A model generated the notes under the pieces. It did no database searches, was not told where the DNA came from, and was given only the letters and a program-made list of their open reading frames with translations. Both the position numbers and the translations under genes were made by a program. A stretch of 55,352 nucleotides of DNA from a bacterium (lineage in GTDB: Bacteria; Hydrothermota; UBA3073; JACQXS01): positions 1 through 55,352 of the forward strand of contig JAUWHX010000055.1 in the NCBI GenBank assembly GCA_030605695.1, read 5' to 3'. Positions within the stretch are counted from its first letter, which is position 1, and each line of letters opens with the position of its first letter. Positions 8,100 to 17,959 of the stretch are shown one piece after another.

Positions 8100-10031
8100 T
8101 TAAAACCTTTTTTTAAGTCGTAGAGTGAAAATATTTTCCTCGTAACTGTATTCCCCGCTTGAATAATCTTTGTTGAATATCCCTTTATATTCTAAAGCTA
8201 CCATATCCATTAGTTCTATCTCAAAATCAGAGTTTTGGGTAAGGGTTATATTTGTTCCTAAACTATCCAGACTTTCACTTCTTCCGTACCCGCCTTTTAT
8301 GTTTAGCTTATTTTTGAAAATCTCACAACTACAATCTCCTCTGAAGGAATTACTATTACTGCCAAGTCCATAGCTCATCGAAATATTGCCTCTGTCAAAA
8401 CCAAACCGATTACCGAAAGTGAAACTTGTTGAACTCCCAATCATTGAATGAATAATGTAGGGAGCAAACTTCCAGAGCGTATAATTTACAGAAGTATAGA
8501 GATTGTATTCCAATGTATCATAAATCTGATAAACTTCGTAAGTGCCGTTGTAATACATATTCTTATACGGAGATGAGAACTCGCCTAAAAATCCCTCTTT
8601 GCCAGCTTCAAGATATGGATTTCCTATTGTATAATAACTCTTGCCTATCTTATTGTAAGTAAGCTTGGCATCTATCAACGTGTTTTCAAGTTTTGCAAAC
8701 AGGAGGTATGCACTTCCTGTGGTATCCTGTGACATATCTTCAAAAGTATAAGAGGGTATGTTGTGAGTATTGCTTACAGAATACTCAGCTCCTACCGAAA
8801 AATTTCTCAATATGGGATATTCAAACTCTCCTGCAATGAAGTTATTTATCACAGGTGGTTCAACAAGAGCACTTTCTAAAAGATGTGGCTCAATTCCCAA
8901 GGAGCTTGAGTCGTCATATCCGTAAAAATAACTAACTCCAAGTTTTGCATTCCACAAGTTCCATCTTGCACTTCCTCCAAATAGGTATCGTGTGTAATTG
9001 CCACTAAAAGTTGTGTCAATTAAAGTATCAATCAGGGTATCAACGAAAATATCCACAAAAACAGTATCAACGATAATAAAAGTATCAACAAGAGTGTCAA
9101 TACAAAGAGTAACATCTTTATGCTCTAATTCCCCAGCAACTAATTCTATATCCAGAGGAAGTGAAGGTCGTGTTAAAGAAAGCTGAATACCCCTTGGAGA
9201 TGCCACATATAAAGTAAGCAAAGAGCCGGTAGGATATATATCTCCGAGTGATATTTTGGCAATCGGAGTCTCGACTTCCAAATTAAAATTAGTGGTCTCA
9301 TCATAATACATCCAGAAAGAAAATGGCAGATAGAAGCTTCCACTTGCATATATATCAAAAGGCACACGAAAGCCAGGTTTGTAAGGCAAGTAATCAGTAT
9401 CGATAGAACCATCGTTCGTTGTATATCGCAGTCCAGCACTTCCCTGCCCATTAACATATTTATCAGGCACGATAGAAAATGTGTAGGTAGCGTGAGTTAC
9501 ATTTTTGATTACTGCTTCCAATGTATGCTCTCCCATTCCCAATTCCTTATCCGGCTTGTAATACGCAGAGCCCTGCATAATTTCACACTCCCGAGTTATA
9601 TCAATCCTATCTAATAATATAGCTACACTGGAGATTTCTATCTGACTATTAAAAGCGAGAACTATCTCTGGCTTCTTATCCTTTATAGACTCATAAAGTC
9701 CGGGAGCTATAAGCTCGATTATCTCCTCTCTTTCTATAACTGTAACTTTGTATTCAGGAGACCGTATAGTTTTATTATCACGAGTCTTGACTACGATGCG
9801 GTATTTTACATAAGGAGGACTCACAAATTCCACAGGAATAGTAGCAGATAGACTTCGCTTATCTTTTTCCATATGGATAGAACGTTCCTCTACCAATAAA
9901 TGTGCTGTCAAGATTTCTTCTGATATGGTTGCATAGATTTTAACCGGCTCATCACTATAAACCTGCTTTGGTGGAGTATGCACAATTTCAAGAACAAGGG
10001 GACACAAAATGCTTATTAATATAGCTGACAT
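8100..10031 (-). CDS. Putative outer-membrane beta-barrel protein with N-terminal Ig-like domains
   Basis: Short hydrophobic N-terminus, I.HTP Ig-like start, amphipathic aromatic strands, terminal Phe. Confidence 0.65.
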   Translation of the reverse strand: MSAILISILCPLVLEIVHTPPKQVYSDEPVKIYATISEEILTAHLLVEERSIHMEKDKRSLSATIPVEFVSPPYVKYRIVVKTRDNKTIRSPEYKVTVIEREEIIELIAPGLYESIKDKKPEIVLAFNSQIEISSVAILLDRIDITRECEIMQGSAYYKPDKELGMGEHTLEAVIKNVTHATYTFSIVPDKYVNGQGSAGLRYTTNDGSIDTDYLPYKPGFRVPFDIYASGSFYLPFSFWMYYDETTNFNLEVETPIAKISLGDIYPTGSLLTLYVASPRGIQLSLTRPSLPLDIELVAGELEHKDVTLCIDTLVDTFIIVDTVFVDIFVDTLIDTLIDTTFSGNYTRYLFGGSARWNLWNAKLGVSYFYGYDDSSSLGIEPHLLESALVEPPVINNFIAGEFEYPILRNFSVGAEYSVSNTHNIPSYTFEDMSQDTTGSAYLLFAKLENTLIDAKLTYNKIGKSYYTIGNPYLEAGKEGFLGEFSSPYKNMYYNGTYEVYQIYDTLEYNLYTSVNYTLWKFAPYIIHSMIGSSTSFTFGNRFGFDRGNISMSYGLGSNSNSFRGDCSCEIFKNKLNIKGGYGRSESLDSLGTNITLTQNSDFEIELMDMVALEYKGIFNKDYSSGEYSYEENIFTLRLKKRF

Positions 10032-10152
10032 TTTATTTAATTAAGCATAGAAATGATGGGATATAGCTTAAATCAAATGCATTCAAGTGGTTATATCTGA
10101 TAATTATAACATCGCACTCTATGCCAGTCGCAGACTCTGTGAGATGTATCCT

Positions 10153-11664
10153 TTAGTACAAAAGATTTATTAACTTTACACTTTCTCTTATACCTTGTGA
10201 GTTTAACACAACAAAATAAACTCTACCGTCTTTTATATTTGGCATAAATGTATGACCACCTTTGCTTAAAACCCCTCTATAAATTACTTGCTTCAATCTA
10301 CCACATAAATCATAAAGTTTTATATCTACTTCTATAGCATTTGGAGTAAAAAGATAAATTCCTTTCCCCATAACTCTAAACTCTAAACTTTTAACTTTTA
10401 ATTCTCTCTTCTCCTCTACGCTTGCGGAGACATCATCATCCAGTGCCCAAATTGTCCATGAGTCCCGTGTTCCGACTATTAGTTCCACGTATCCATCCAT
10501 ATCAATATCTGCAATAGTTATATCATGAATATCAGTGTCTAATGATTTTGTCCACAAGACAGACTTATCTTCACCATTAAGACAGGTAAGCTTATTAGTG
10601 TTCATGTTGGGAACAAGGACTTCAAGGGTGTCATCTCCATCTATGTCTGCAACCGATATACCCCGATGAACATCACTTCCTGCAGTATAACTCCATTTCT
10701 CGGTACCGTCTATCCCCCTCAAACAATAGACTTTGTTGTCATAACTTCCAATCACGACTTCCATATTTCCATCTCCATCTACATCTGCTATTGCCGCAGA
10801 AGACCGTACCTCATCTCCTGTTGGATGACTCCATTTCTCGTGACCATCTACTCCATCCAAACAGTAGACTTTCTTGTCCGTACTTCCAACCACAACTTCC
10901 AATCCAGCAATTCCATCTACATTTGCTACCGCCGGTGAAGAAATTACCTTGTTCCATATTGATGTTGGAAAACTCCATTTCTCTAAACCGGTTACCCCAT
11001 TTAAACAATAGACTTTGCCATCAAAACTTCCAATCACAACTTCCATTGTATCATCCTCATTTACATCTGCTATCGCCGGCGAAGAAAATATCCAATCTCC
11101 TGTTGGAAAACTCCATTTCTCGGTGCCGTCTATCCCATCCAAGCAGTAGACTTTCTTGTCCTTGCTACCGACCACAACTTCCATTCCAGCAATTCCATCT
11201 ACATTTGCTATCGCCGGTGAAGAATGCACCTCACCTCCTGTTGGAAAACTCCATTTCTCTAAACCGGTTACTCCATTCAAACAGTAGACTTTAAAGTCAC
11301 AACTTCCAATCACAACTTCCGTAGTGTCATCTACATCTACATTTGCTATCGCAGGAGAAGAATACACCTCACCTCCTGTTGGGAAACTCCATTTTACTAA
11401 ACCGGTTACCCCATTCAAACAGTAGACTTTCTTGTCACAACTTCCAATCACAACTTCCGTGGTATCATCCTTATCCACATTCGCTACTGCTGCGCCATGA
11501 GCTTCTACAAAACTCCCTGTTACATAAAACCATTTAACATCAGGCTCAGTGTCCATAGCTCCTTCCATTTTCTGATAATGCGTATTCTCAAGTGTAGCCC
11601 CATACATAGACCAGGTAGTGTCAGCATAAGTCTGCGATAAAATAAATAATATAATTACACACAT
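10153..11664 (-). CDS. Secreted FG-GAP/PQQ-repeat beta-propeller protein with degenerate CTD
   Basis: Tandem ~39-aa repeats SSPAIANVDxDxxxEVVIGSxDxKVYCLxGxxGxEKWSFPTG; YDLCGRL in tail. Confidence 0.88.
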   Translation of the reverse strand: MCVIILFILSQTYADTTWSMYGATLENTHYQKMEGAMDTEPDVKWFYVTGSFVEAHGAAVANVDKDDTTEVVIGSCDKKVYCLNGVTGLVKWSFPTGGEVYSSPAIANVDVDDTTEVVIGSCDFKVYCLNGVTGLEKWSFPTGGEVHSSPAIANVDGIAGMEVVVGSKDKKVYCLDGIDGTEKWSFPTGDWIFSSPAIADVNEDDTMEVVIGSFDGKVYCLNGVTGLEKWSFPTSIWNKVISSPAVANVDGIAGLEVVVGSTDKKVYCLDGVDGHEKWSHPTGDEVRSSAAIADVDGDGNMEVVIGSYDNKVYCLRGIDGTEKWSYTAGSDVHRGISVADIDGDDTLEVLVPNMNTNKLTCLNGEDKSVLWTKSLDTDIHDITIADIDMDGYVELIVGTRDSWTIWALDDDVSASVEEKRELKVKSLEFRVMGKGIYLFTPNAIEVDIKLYDLCGRLKQVIYRGVLSKGGHTFMPNIKDGRVYFVVLNSQGIRESVKLINLLY

Positions 11665-11723
11665 ATCACCCTCCTTATGATTAAATATATTTAGAAAAAC
11701 AAAAAAGTCAAGAGGAAAACTGA

Positions 11724-11840
11724 TTTAACCGCAGATTGCGCAGATAGCACGGATAAAGAAGATTAGAGAATTAGAGATTAGAGATTCAAAATAATCTGTG
11801 GTATCTGCGACATCTCACAGAGTCTGCGACCGCGGTTAAA
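11724..11840. repeat. MITE-like inverted-repeat module, inverted sister of 771-919
   Basis: tttaaccgcagattgcgcagatagcacggata...gtatctgcgacatc[...]ccgcggttaaa; interior gattaga heptamers. Confidence 0.7.
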
Positions 11841-11862
11841 TTATAGTTTTTGTGGCTCTTGC

Positions 11863-13389
11863 TTATTTCAATGGACCAATGGCTTTTTCTACTTCGTCAA
11901 GGAACTCGCCGGATTTAACTACACGGGCTAAGTTATTTATGTCATCAAATATAGGGCGGTCTTCCTCAAGATGCTTCACATACTTTCGGACTATGTCATA
12001 AGCAATCTGAGTTCCTTTGCCAGGTCGTAGGGGCTTCTTGAAATCAAATGCCTGTGCATCCGCCATAAGTTCGATAGCCACTACTGCATTTGCATTCTCT
12101 ATGATTTGGCGGGTCTTGATTGCTGTGGTCATTCCCATCGATACGAAGTCCTCCTGGTCAGCCGCCGCAGGAATTGACCCCGTAGCCGCAGGATTCGCAA
12201 GGACACGATTCTCACAAACCAATGAGCCAGCTGTATATTGCGATAACATCAACCCGGAAAACATACCTGCTCCTTTGGTAAGGAAAGCTGGAAGCCCCAT
12301 TGATAGATGAGGATTCATCAAGCGATTTAACCTTCTTTCCGAGAGGACACAGATTGTGGTAACTGCTGTCCCAAGGAACTCAAGAGCAAGTGCAAGCGGA
12401 AGTCCTTGGAAGTTAGCACAACTTAAGCAAGTTCCTCCATCATCCTCAAAAAACAAAGGATTATCGCCAACTCCATTTAATTCTGTTGTAAATATCTTTC
12501 TTGGAAATCGGAATGTGTCTTTTGCTGCACCAACTGACTGAGGCGTGCTCCTTAAACTATAAGCATCCTGAATCTTCTTGCCAGGTTGATTGAAAAGCCC
12601 GCTTCCTTCCGTGAGTCTTCTTATATTCTCTGCACACTCGATAGCTCCCTGATGACCACGAGCATAATGAATCCGCTCATCATAAGCTTGCATATTAGCA
12701 TTCAATGCCTCAAGTGTCATTGCCGCTGCTATTTCCTGAGTCTTGAGCCATCGCTCTGCATCATATATCTCAATAGTTCCAATACCTGATACAACATTAG
12801 AGCCGTTTATAGTGGCTAATCCGTCTCTGGCTTCAAATACGATTGTTGGAATTCCTGCTTGCTTCATTGCTTCTTTGCCGGGCAACCTATTGCCTTGATA
12901 GAATGCCTCTCCTTCACCCATCGGCACGAGAGCCATTTGAGCCATAGGAGAAAGGTCGCCACTCGCCCCTACTGAACCACGTTGACACATTACAGGAGTC
13001 ACTTCTCTATTCAACATTTCAACAAGTGTGTTCACTATGAGAGGTCTGATACCGGAGTGTCCTATGCAGAGGCAATTAATCCTTGAAAGTATAGCCGCAC
13101 GGACATCTTCTATTGCCACAGGGTCGCCATAACCAGCGGCATGACTATAAATTAAATACTTCTGAAACTCCTTAACTTGTTCTGGGGGTAAAACCACTTC
13201 TGAAAGTTCTCCAATTCCCGTAGTCACGCCATACATAACAGCTCTCTCCTCAAGTTTTTTGTCAACAATCTTCCTGCATTTTTGAATCCTTTCTATTGTT
13301 TCATTGGGGATTTCAATTTTCTCTTTTCCCCGTGCTACTTTTACTACATCTTCAATCTTAAGTTCCTTACCAGTAATTTTTATAGCCAT
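11863..13389 (-). CDS. hutH: Histidine ammonia-lyase / aromatic amino acid lyase
   Basis: YGVTTG, LIYSHAAG, GSVGASGDL (MIO-forming ASG), QDAYSLR, QEDFVSMG. Confidence 0.85.
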   Translation of the reverse strand: MAIKITGKELKIEDVVKVARGKEKIEIPNETIERIQKCRKIVDKKLEERAVMYGVTTGIGELSEVVLPPEQVKEFQKYLIYSHAAGYGDPVAIEDVRAAILSRINCLCIGHSGIRPLIVNTLVEMLNREVTPVMCQRGSVGASGDLSPMAQMALVPMGEGEAFYQGNRLPGKEAMKQAGIPTIVFEARDGLATINGSNVVSGIGTIEIYDAERWLKTQEIAAAMTLEALNANMQAYDERIHYARGHQGAIECAENIRRLTEGSGLFNQPGKKIQDAYSLRSTPQSVGAAKDTFRFPRKIFTTELNGVGDNPLFFEDDGGTCLSCANFQGLPLALALEFLGTAVTTICVLSERRLNRLMNPHLSMGLPAFLTKGAGMFSGLMLSQYTAGSLVCENRVLANPAATGSIPAAADQEDFVSMGMTTAIKTRQIIENANAVVAIELMADAQAFDFKKPLRPGKGTQIAYDIVRKYVKHLEEDRPIFDDINNLARVVKSGEFLDEVEKAIGPLK

Positions 13390-13498
13390 TTTTACTCCTC
13401 TCTAAATTCCGATTTCATATAATGTTTACAGTGTAAAAGAAGCTCTGCAAAGCCGAATTCTGATGGAGCAACATAGAGTATTATACCTTTACACCATG

Positions 13499-14437
13499 TC
13501 ATGCACTAATGGTTGCCTTCTTTAAACAAAAAAATTTGTCTCTATGTTCCCTTATTCTTCTTTCGGCCAATTTTACATATTCTTCTTTTGTGTCGTAACC
13601 GATATAATGCCTTCCTGTTTTGATTGCAGCAATGCAAGTCTGTCCACTCCCACAAAATGGATCCAATACAACTTCATCCCTGAAAGTGTATAGTTGGATT
13701 AACCTGTACGGAAGTTCAATGGGAAAAGGGGCTGGATGTCCAACCTTTCGGGCTGGTTCAGCAGGGAATGTCCAGACACTCTTTGTAAAACTCAAGAACT
13801 CCTCTTTGGATATCGTACTGACTTTTCCTGGCAAATTCTTTCTATTAAATGCCTCCTTTGAGAATATCAAGATATATTCGTGAATATCTCTCAAAACAGG
13901 ATTGGCAGCAGATAACCAAGTCCCCCAAGCCGTAGAAGGACTGGCACTTGAAGCCTTATTCCAGATTATTTCACCCCTCATTAAAAAACCAATATCAAGC
14001 ATATCTCGAATAATGTAACTATGCAAAGGAATGTAGGGTTTTCTTCCAAGATTCGCTAAATTTATACATGCTCTACCACCAGTAACAAGCTTTTTATACA
14101 CTTCAGTAAATACTCTCTTCAATAATTCCCTATATTCATCTAATGTGAAATCTTTATCATATTCTTTTGTAACATTATAAGGAGGCGAAGTTACCATCAA
14201 ATGAACGCTATAATCGGGGATTTCATTCATCTCTTCACTTGTCTTGCAGAAAATCTTATTTAAAACTGGTAGCTCAATTGTATTCTCTATATATCTGGCT
14301 GGTGGTTTAACTATCTGTCCATCATATAACCTGCTATTATAAAATTTTGTTGAGTTATGTCCAATTCTTCCTGGTGAACCAAAGGCACTTGTTTCTGTCC
14401 CCTTTTTTCGATTAGAATACTTCTTGTTTTTATCCAT
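13499..14437 (-). CDS. Beta-class DNA methyltransferase (N4-C/N6-A)
   Basis: VTSPPY catalytic motif precedes HPAPFP and VLDPFCGSG SAM-binding motif. Confidence 0.93.
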   Translation of the reverse strand: MDKNKKYSNRKKGTETSAFGSPGRIGHNSTKFYNSRLYDGQIVKPPARYIENTIELPVLNKIFCKTSEEMNEIPDYSVHLMVTSPPYNVTKEYDKDFTLDEYRELLKRVFTEVYKKLVTGGRACINLANLGRKPYIPLHSYIIRDMLDIGFLMRGEIIWNKASSASPSTAWGTWLSAANPVLRDIHEYILIFSKEAFNRKNLPGKVSTISKEEFLSFTKSVWTFPAEPARKVGHPAPFPIELPYRLIQLYTFRDEVVLDPFCGSGQTCIAAIKTGRHYIGYDTKEEYVKLAERRIREHRDKFFCLKKATISA

Positions 14438-14443
14438 AATTGC

Positions 14444-15073
14444 TTACTCCTCCCAGTAATCAACCCATTTTTTGTAAGGATTATAATCTATTTTCGACCG
14501 TTGCCAAAATATTTCAATAATTTGGGTCTTTCTATCTTTGACCAATTGTGATAATGCTTCTTTAGTAATTTCAACACCTCTTGGATTTGTTCCTGGTTTA
14601 GGAAGTTTGATGTACCTTTCTTTACCCATTTCTTCAAAAAGCCTTTTTTGAGCTTTCAGGGGTATGTAATAAAGTCCTCCTATGTTATCCCAGTTAATTT
14701 GCACAAGTAAAATATCATAGTGAGGATAATAACTTTCACGAAATTCTTTTGCCTTTTGAGCGTCAACAGTCCATATAAGCTTAACTCCATTAAATCCTTT
14801 ACCTGTGATTGTCTTAATGGAAATAGAGTTACCAAATAATTTTACATCGATCTCTGTCTCAGTTATGGGAATTTGTGTTCTTACATTTTCTTCTCCGAAT
14901 TTGTATATCAGAAGAGCAATTAGGATTCCTTCACGGACTGATCCAACTTGCATTCCTATTTTCCCTGCCCTAGAACTTTCCAACTCAGCAATATGGAATA
15001 GATGGGGAAGCTTATCCTTGATTTTTTTCTTGAGAATCTCGTCTTTAAATATCTTTTGCAAATGATTACTCAT
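14444..15073 (-). CDS. Type II restriction endonuclease, ThaI-like
   Basis: RAGKIGMQVGSVRE, E.D...SIKT nuclease core, GTNPRGVE; adjacent to the MTase; ATG 15073 has an AAGGA RBS. Confidence 0.8.
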   Translation of the reverse strand: MSNHLQKIFKDEILKKKIKDKLPHLFHIAELESSRAGKIGMQVGSVREGILIALLIYKFGEENVRTQIPITETEIDVKLFGNSISIKTITGKGFNGVKLIWTVDAQKAKEFRESYYPHYDILLVQINWDNIGGLYYIPLKAQKRLFEEMGKERYIKLPKPGTNPRGVEITKEALSQLVKDRKTQIIEIFWQRSKIDYNPYKKWVDYWEE

Positions 15074-15192
15074 ACTGTTCCTTATCAAAATTTAATAGCG
15101 ACCGATTGTGTATAACTTGGTTCATATCCGAACTTCGCTTTTTGTTTCATTTTGGCGTTATATCTGAATCCCCCTGGGTGAATTATCCAACT

Positions 15193-15783
15193 TTAAATAT
15201 ATCCTACATAAGAGAATTTAAGGGCTCGGACGGGCTCTCCACCTAAAATATCTTTAAAGTCAAATTCTAATATTACTTGTTCTTCAAATTTCCACCTTAT
15301 TCCAGCATTAAGGATAAAATCCTTCTTAAAGAAACCTTCGGATACGATACTCATAAAGTTTGAGATTCCTGCTTCAGCTCCAAAAAAGACTCCAAGTGAA
15401 TCTCTATAATTTACTCCACCATATGGAATAAGCTTCCATCCTAAATCGCCTCCCACAACCCCATAAATTCCAATTGGGGAGTCTTCATATTTCTCTGAGT
15501 CAAATCCAATTGCAAATGAAAGTTTTGAAGCTTGTGTTCCAAATTTTATTTGGACTCCCGGAGACGAGTGATACACCGGACTCCCAGAGCCAAGAATGTT
15601 TTCTCCGCCGTAGGAAACACCAAAAACAAAGTTCTCAAATGGAGAGACTCCTATTCGTCCAATTACTTTACCCTCCGCCCCGAATCGGAACTCAAGTTCG
15701 GAACTACCTACAGGAGAAATGTAAGTAGTCGGAAAATCTACAAGATAACCCAAATTGAACAGGAAAAGAGATATTAATCCCAT
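15193..15783 (-). CDS. Putative outer-membrane beta-barrel protein (YjbH-like)
   Basis: LVDFPT motif after short signal; LNAGIRW; amphipathic strands; ATG 15783 preferred over 15852. Confidence 0.6.
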   Translation of the reverse strand: MGLISLFLFNLGYLVDFPTTYISPVGSSELEFRFGAEGKVIGRIGVSPFENFVFGVSYGGENILGSGSPVYHSSPGVQIKFGTQASKLSFAIGFDSEKYEDSPIGIYGVVGGDLGWKLIPYGGVNYRDSLGVFFGAEAGISNFMSIVSEGFFKKDFILNAGIRWKFEEQVILEFDFKDILGGEPVRALKFSYVGYI

Positions 15784-15927
15784 CTTATCTGACTTATTAC
15801 ATTGTAAAGCTCCGATGTCAAGAAAAAAGAATTTCCATATGAGTTGAGTCAATAATTTTTCCTAAATACCATCTATGAGTGAAGAAAATTCTTGCAATCC
15901 AAGAAAATGGTAGTACTATCCTAAATA

Positions 15928-17346
15928 ATGCATTTTGTATTTTCAATTTTGATTTTCAATCTCAGCAATGTTACATACATCCCATTAGAATCGCAATTGG
16001 GAGAGGTAGTTGAGGAACTTAGAGTCAGGGGAGTAAAACTTGTTAGATATCCGAATATAAAGAATTATTGGCTCTCGGAGGTTCCTGAAGCAAAAGGAGT
16101 TGGTGCTAATATTCTCCTGTCAAGGATTTCCTCACCTGTTTTAAGAACACGACTCGGAATAGATAGTATAAATGTTTTAAGTCCCAGTGGTTTTATCAGA
16201 TATGAGAGAAATCCTGTAAGTATAATTTTAGAGCCAGTTGCAAAGTTTGGTGAAAACGATGTTTGGCCTAAAGAAAAGTTCAAGGGGAAATTTGCAGCTG
16301 ATTATGAAAGAGCATTCATAAGATTAGCCAACCCAAGATTCTCAGGAATCTTTGGGAGAGAGAGATTTGGGCTAGGACCCTCACCAAGACATAATCTTTT
16401 ACTCTCAGGATACTCACCTCCCTTGGATGGCGGATTTCTATCTTATGAGGGAGAGAAATTTAAGTTGAGCTTTATTTTCTCAAGACTTGAAGATGTAAAA
16501 GCCGAGACACTAAACTTTGTGGGTGACCCAGACTCAACGGATATAGCAAATTCAAAACGTTTTATGTCGGTTCGCAGGATAGATTTCTTGCCCAGAGATT
16601 GGATAAATGTGGGACTTACAGAACTTGTAATTTTTGGAGGACCCGGTGGATTCCCGTCACTCTATTATTTAAACCCTATTGCTCTCAGTTACCCTTACGA
16701 ATATCTTCATAAAGAAGCTAATCATAATATATTCTGGGACATAGATTTTAGATTAGACTTAAAGAATATGGCTTTATATGGAGAATTTCTGATGGATGAC
16801 TTCCAGTATGGGAAGGATGCACAAAATGAACCTAATCATATTGGATTTTTAGCTGGGGTGGAGCTTGCAGACCCCTTAAAATTAAAGAATACTTTCTTTT
16901 GGATAGAATATGCAAGAGCAACAAGATGGTTATATAATCATTTCATCCCTTGGCAGAGGCATGAGTATATGGGTTATCCAATCGGGCATCCGCAGGGACC
17001 TGATTTTGATGAGCTTTTTGCAAAAATTACACATCACTTAAATCCAGAGTGGGATCTTTATGGAAAATGCTCATATATAAGGCACGGAGCAGGAAGAATA
17101 GACGATGCTTGGCCCATACCGGAGTTTCCAAGAGAATCTGGAACTTATTTCCTGGATGATAATTTTCTTTTGGCTCCGGTGCATACTTACTTAGACTTGA
17201 GAGCTGGGATAAACTTTTTCAAGTTGGTCAGATTGCACAATCTAAAAATTATGACTACTATTTCGGGAGAAGCTGGATTTTGTAGACCTTCTGATAAAGA
17301 TTATTTCCCTGTATTTAAAGCATTATTTACTTTTGGTATTCCTTGA
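15928..17346 (+). CDS. Capsule assembly Wzi family outer-membrane protein
   Basis: FGRERFGLGP...LLLSGYSPP, YLNP, YGEFLMDD, GHPQGPD motifs. Confidence 0.75.
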   Translation: MHFVFSILIFNLSNVTYIPLESQLGEVVEELRVRGVKLVRYPNIKNYWLSEVPEAKGVGANILLSRISSPVLRTRLGIDSINVLSPSGFIRYERNPVSIILEPVAKFGENDVWPKEKFKGKFAADYERAFIRLANPRFSGIFGRERFGLGPSPRHNLLLSGYSPPLDGGFLSYEGEKFKLSFIFSRLEDVKAETLNFVGDPDSTDIANSKRFMSVRRIDFLPRDWINVGLTELVIFGGPGGFPSLYYLNPIALSYPYEYLHKEANHNIFWDIDFRLDLKNMALYGEFLMDDFQYGKDAQNEPNHIGFLAGVELADPLKLKNTFFWIEYARATRWLYNHFIPWQRHEYMGYPIGHPQGPDFDELFAKITHHLNPEWDLYGKCSYIRHGAGRIDDAWPIPEFPRESGTYFLDDNFLLAPVHTYLDLRAGINFFKLVRLHNLKIMTTISGEAGFCRPSDKDYFPVFKALFTFGIP

Positions 17347-17357
17347 TATAAAAAATC

Positions 17358-17385
17358 TTGACATCAGTAAATTTTAAGTTATAAC
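17358..17385 (+). promoter_or_regulatory. Putative sigma-70 promoter
   Basis: TTGACA-N16-TATAAC upstream of RBS AAAGGAGG. Confidence 0.5.
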
Positions 17386-17417
17386 TAAATCTTCAAAGAT
17401 AAAAAAGGAGGTATGGT

Positions 17418-17945
17418 ATGTTTAAACATTTTGCTTTAGTAGTAGTTATTTTAGGAACAATGTTGTTTGGGTGCGCACCGAAGGATGAGGATATTTCCGT
17501 GAAAACGGTCGGAGCTACTAAGTGCGTATTCATCGCTGGACAAGGGAACTATTCTGAAATCGGTCCAACATTTGGCAAGCTTTTTGAATGGTTAATAGAA
17601 AACGACGTTAGACCAATTGGTCCGCCTTTTGGTATATATTATGACAATCCTGAAGAAGTGCCACCTGAGGAATGCAGGTATGACATATGTGTTCCTGTTG
17701 GAGCAGAAATTGAGGGTGATAGTTTAGTGCAGGTAAAAGAAATACAGGAAATGGAAGTAGCTTCACTTATGTACAAGGGACCGTATGACAAGGTGAGTGC
17801 CTCTTGGGAAAAGCTTTATGGCTGGATATACAGGAATAAATATGAACCAGCAGGACCAGGAATGGAGATATACCTTAACTCACCTGATGAAGTGCCTGAA
17901 AACTCACTTTTGATAGAAATTCAAGTTCCCGTTAAGAAAAAATAA
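17418..17945 (+). CDS. GyrI-like small-molecule-binding lipoprotein
   Basis: Lipobox LFGC; GIYYDNP, YKGPY, EIYLN...EIQVPV. Confidence 0.85.
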   Translation: MFKHFALVVVILGTMLFGCAPKDEDISVKTVGATKCVFIAGQGNYSEIGPTFGKLFEWLIENDVRPIGPPFGIYYDNPEEVPPEECRYDICVPVGAEIEGDSLVQVKEIQEMEVASLMYKGPYDKVSASWEKLYGWIYRNKYEPAGPGMEIYLNSPDEVPENSLLIEIQVPVKKK

Positions 17946-17959
17946 ATAGGAGGTAGATT

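Noticed and set aside
15110-15163. attC-like site (GTATAAC...GTTATAT) upstream of the R-M pair
   Set aside because: Outer boxes fit loosely, but no complementary inner L boxes, no second site and no integrase
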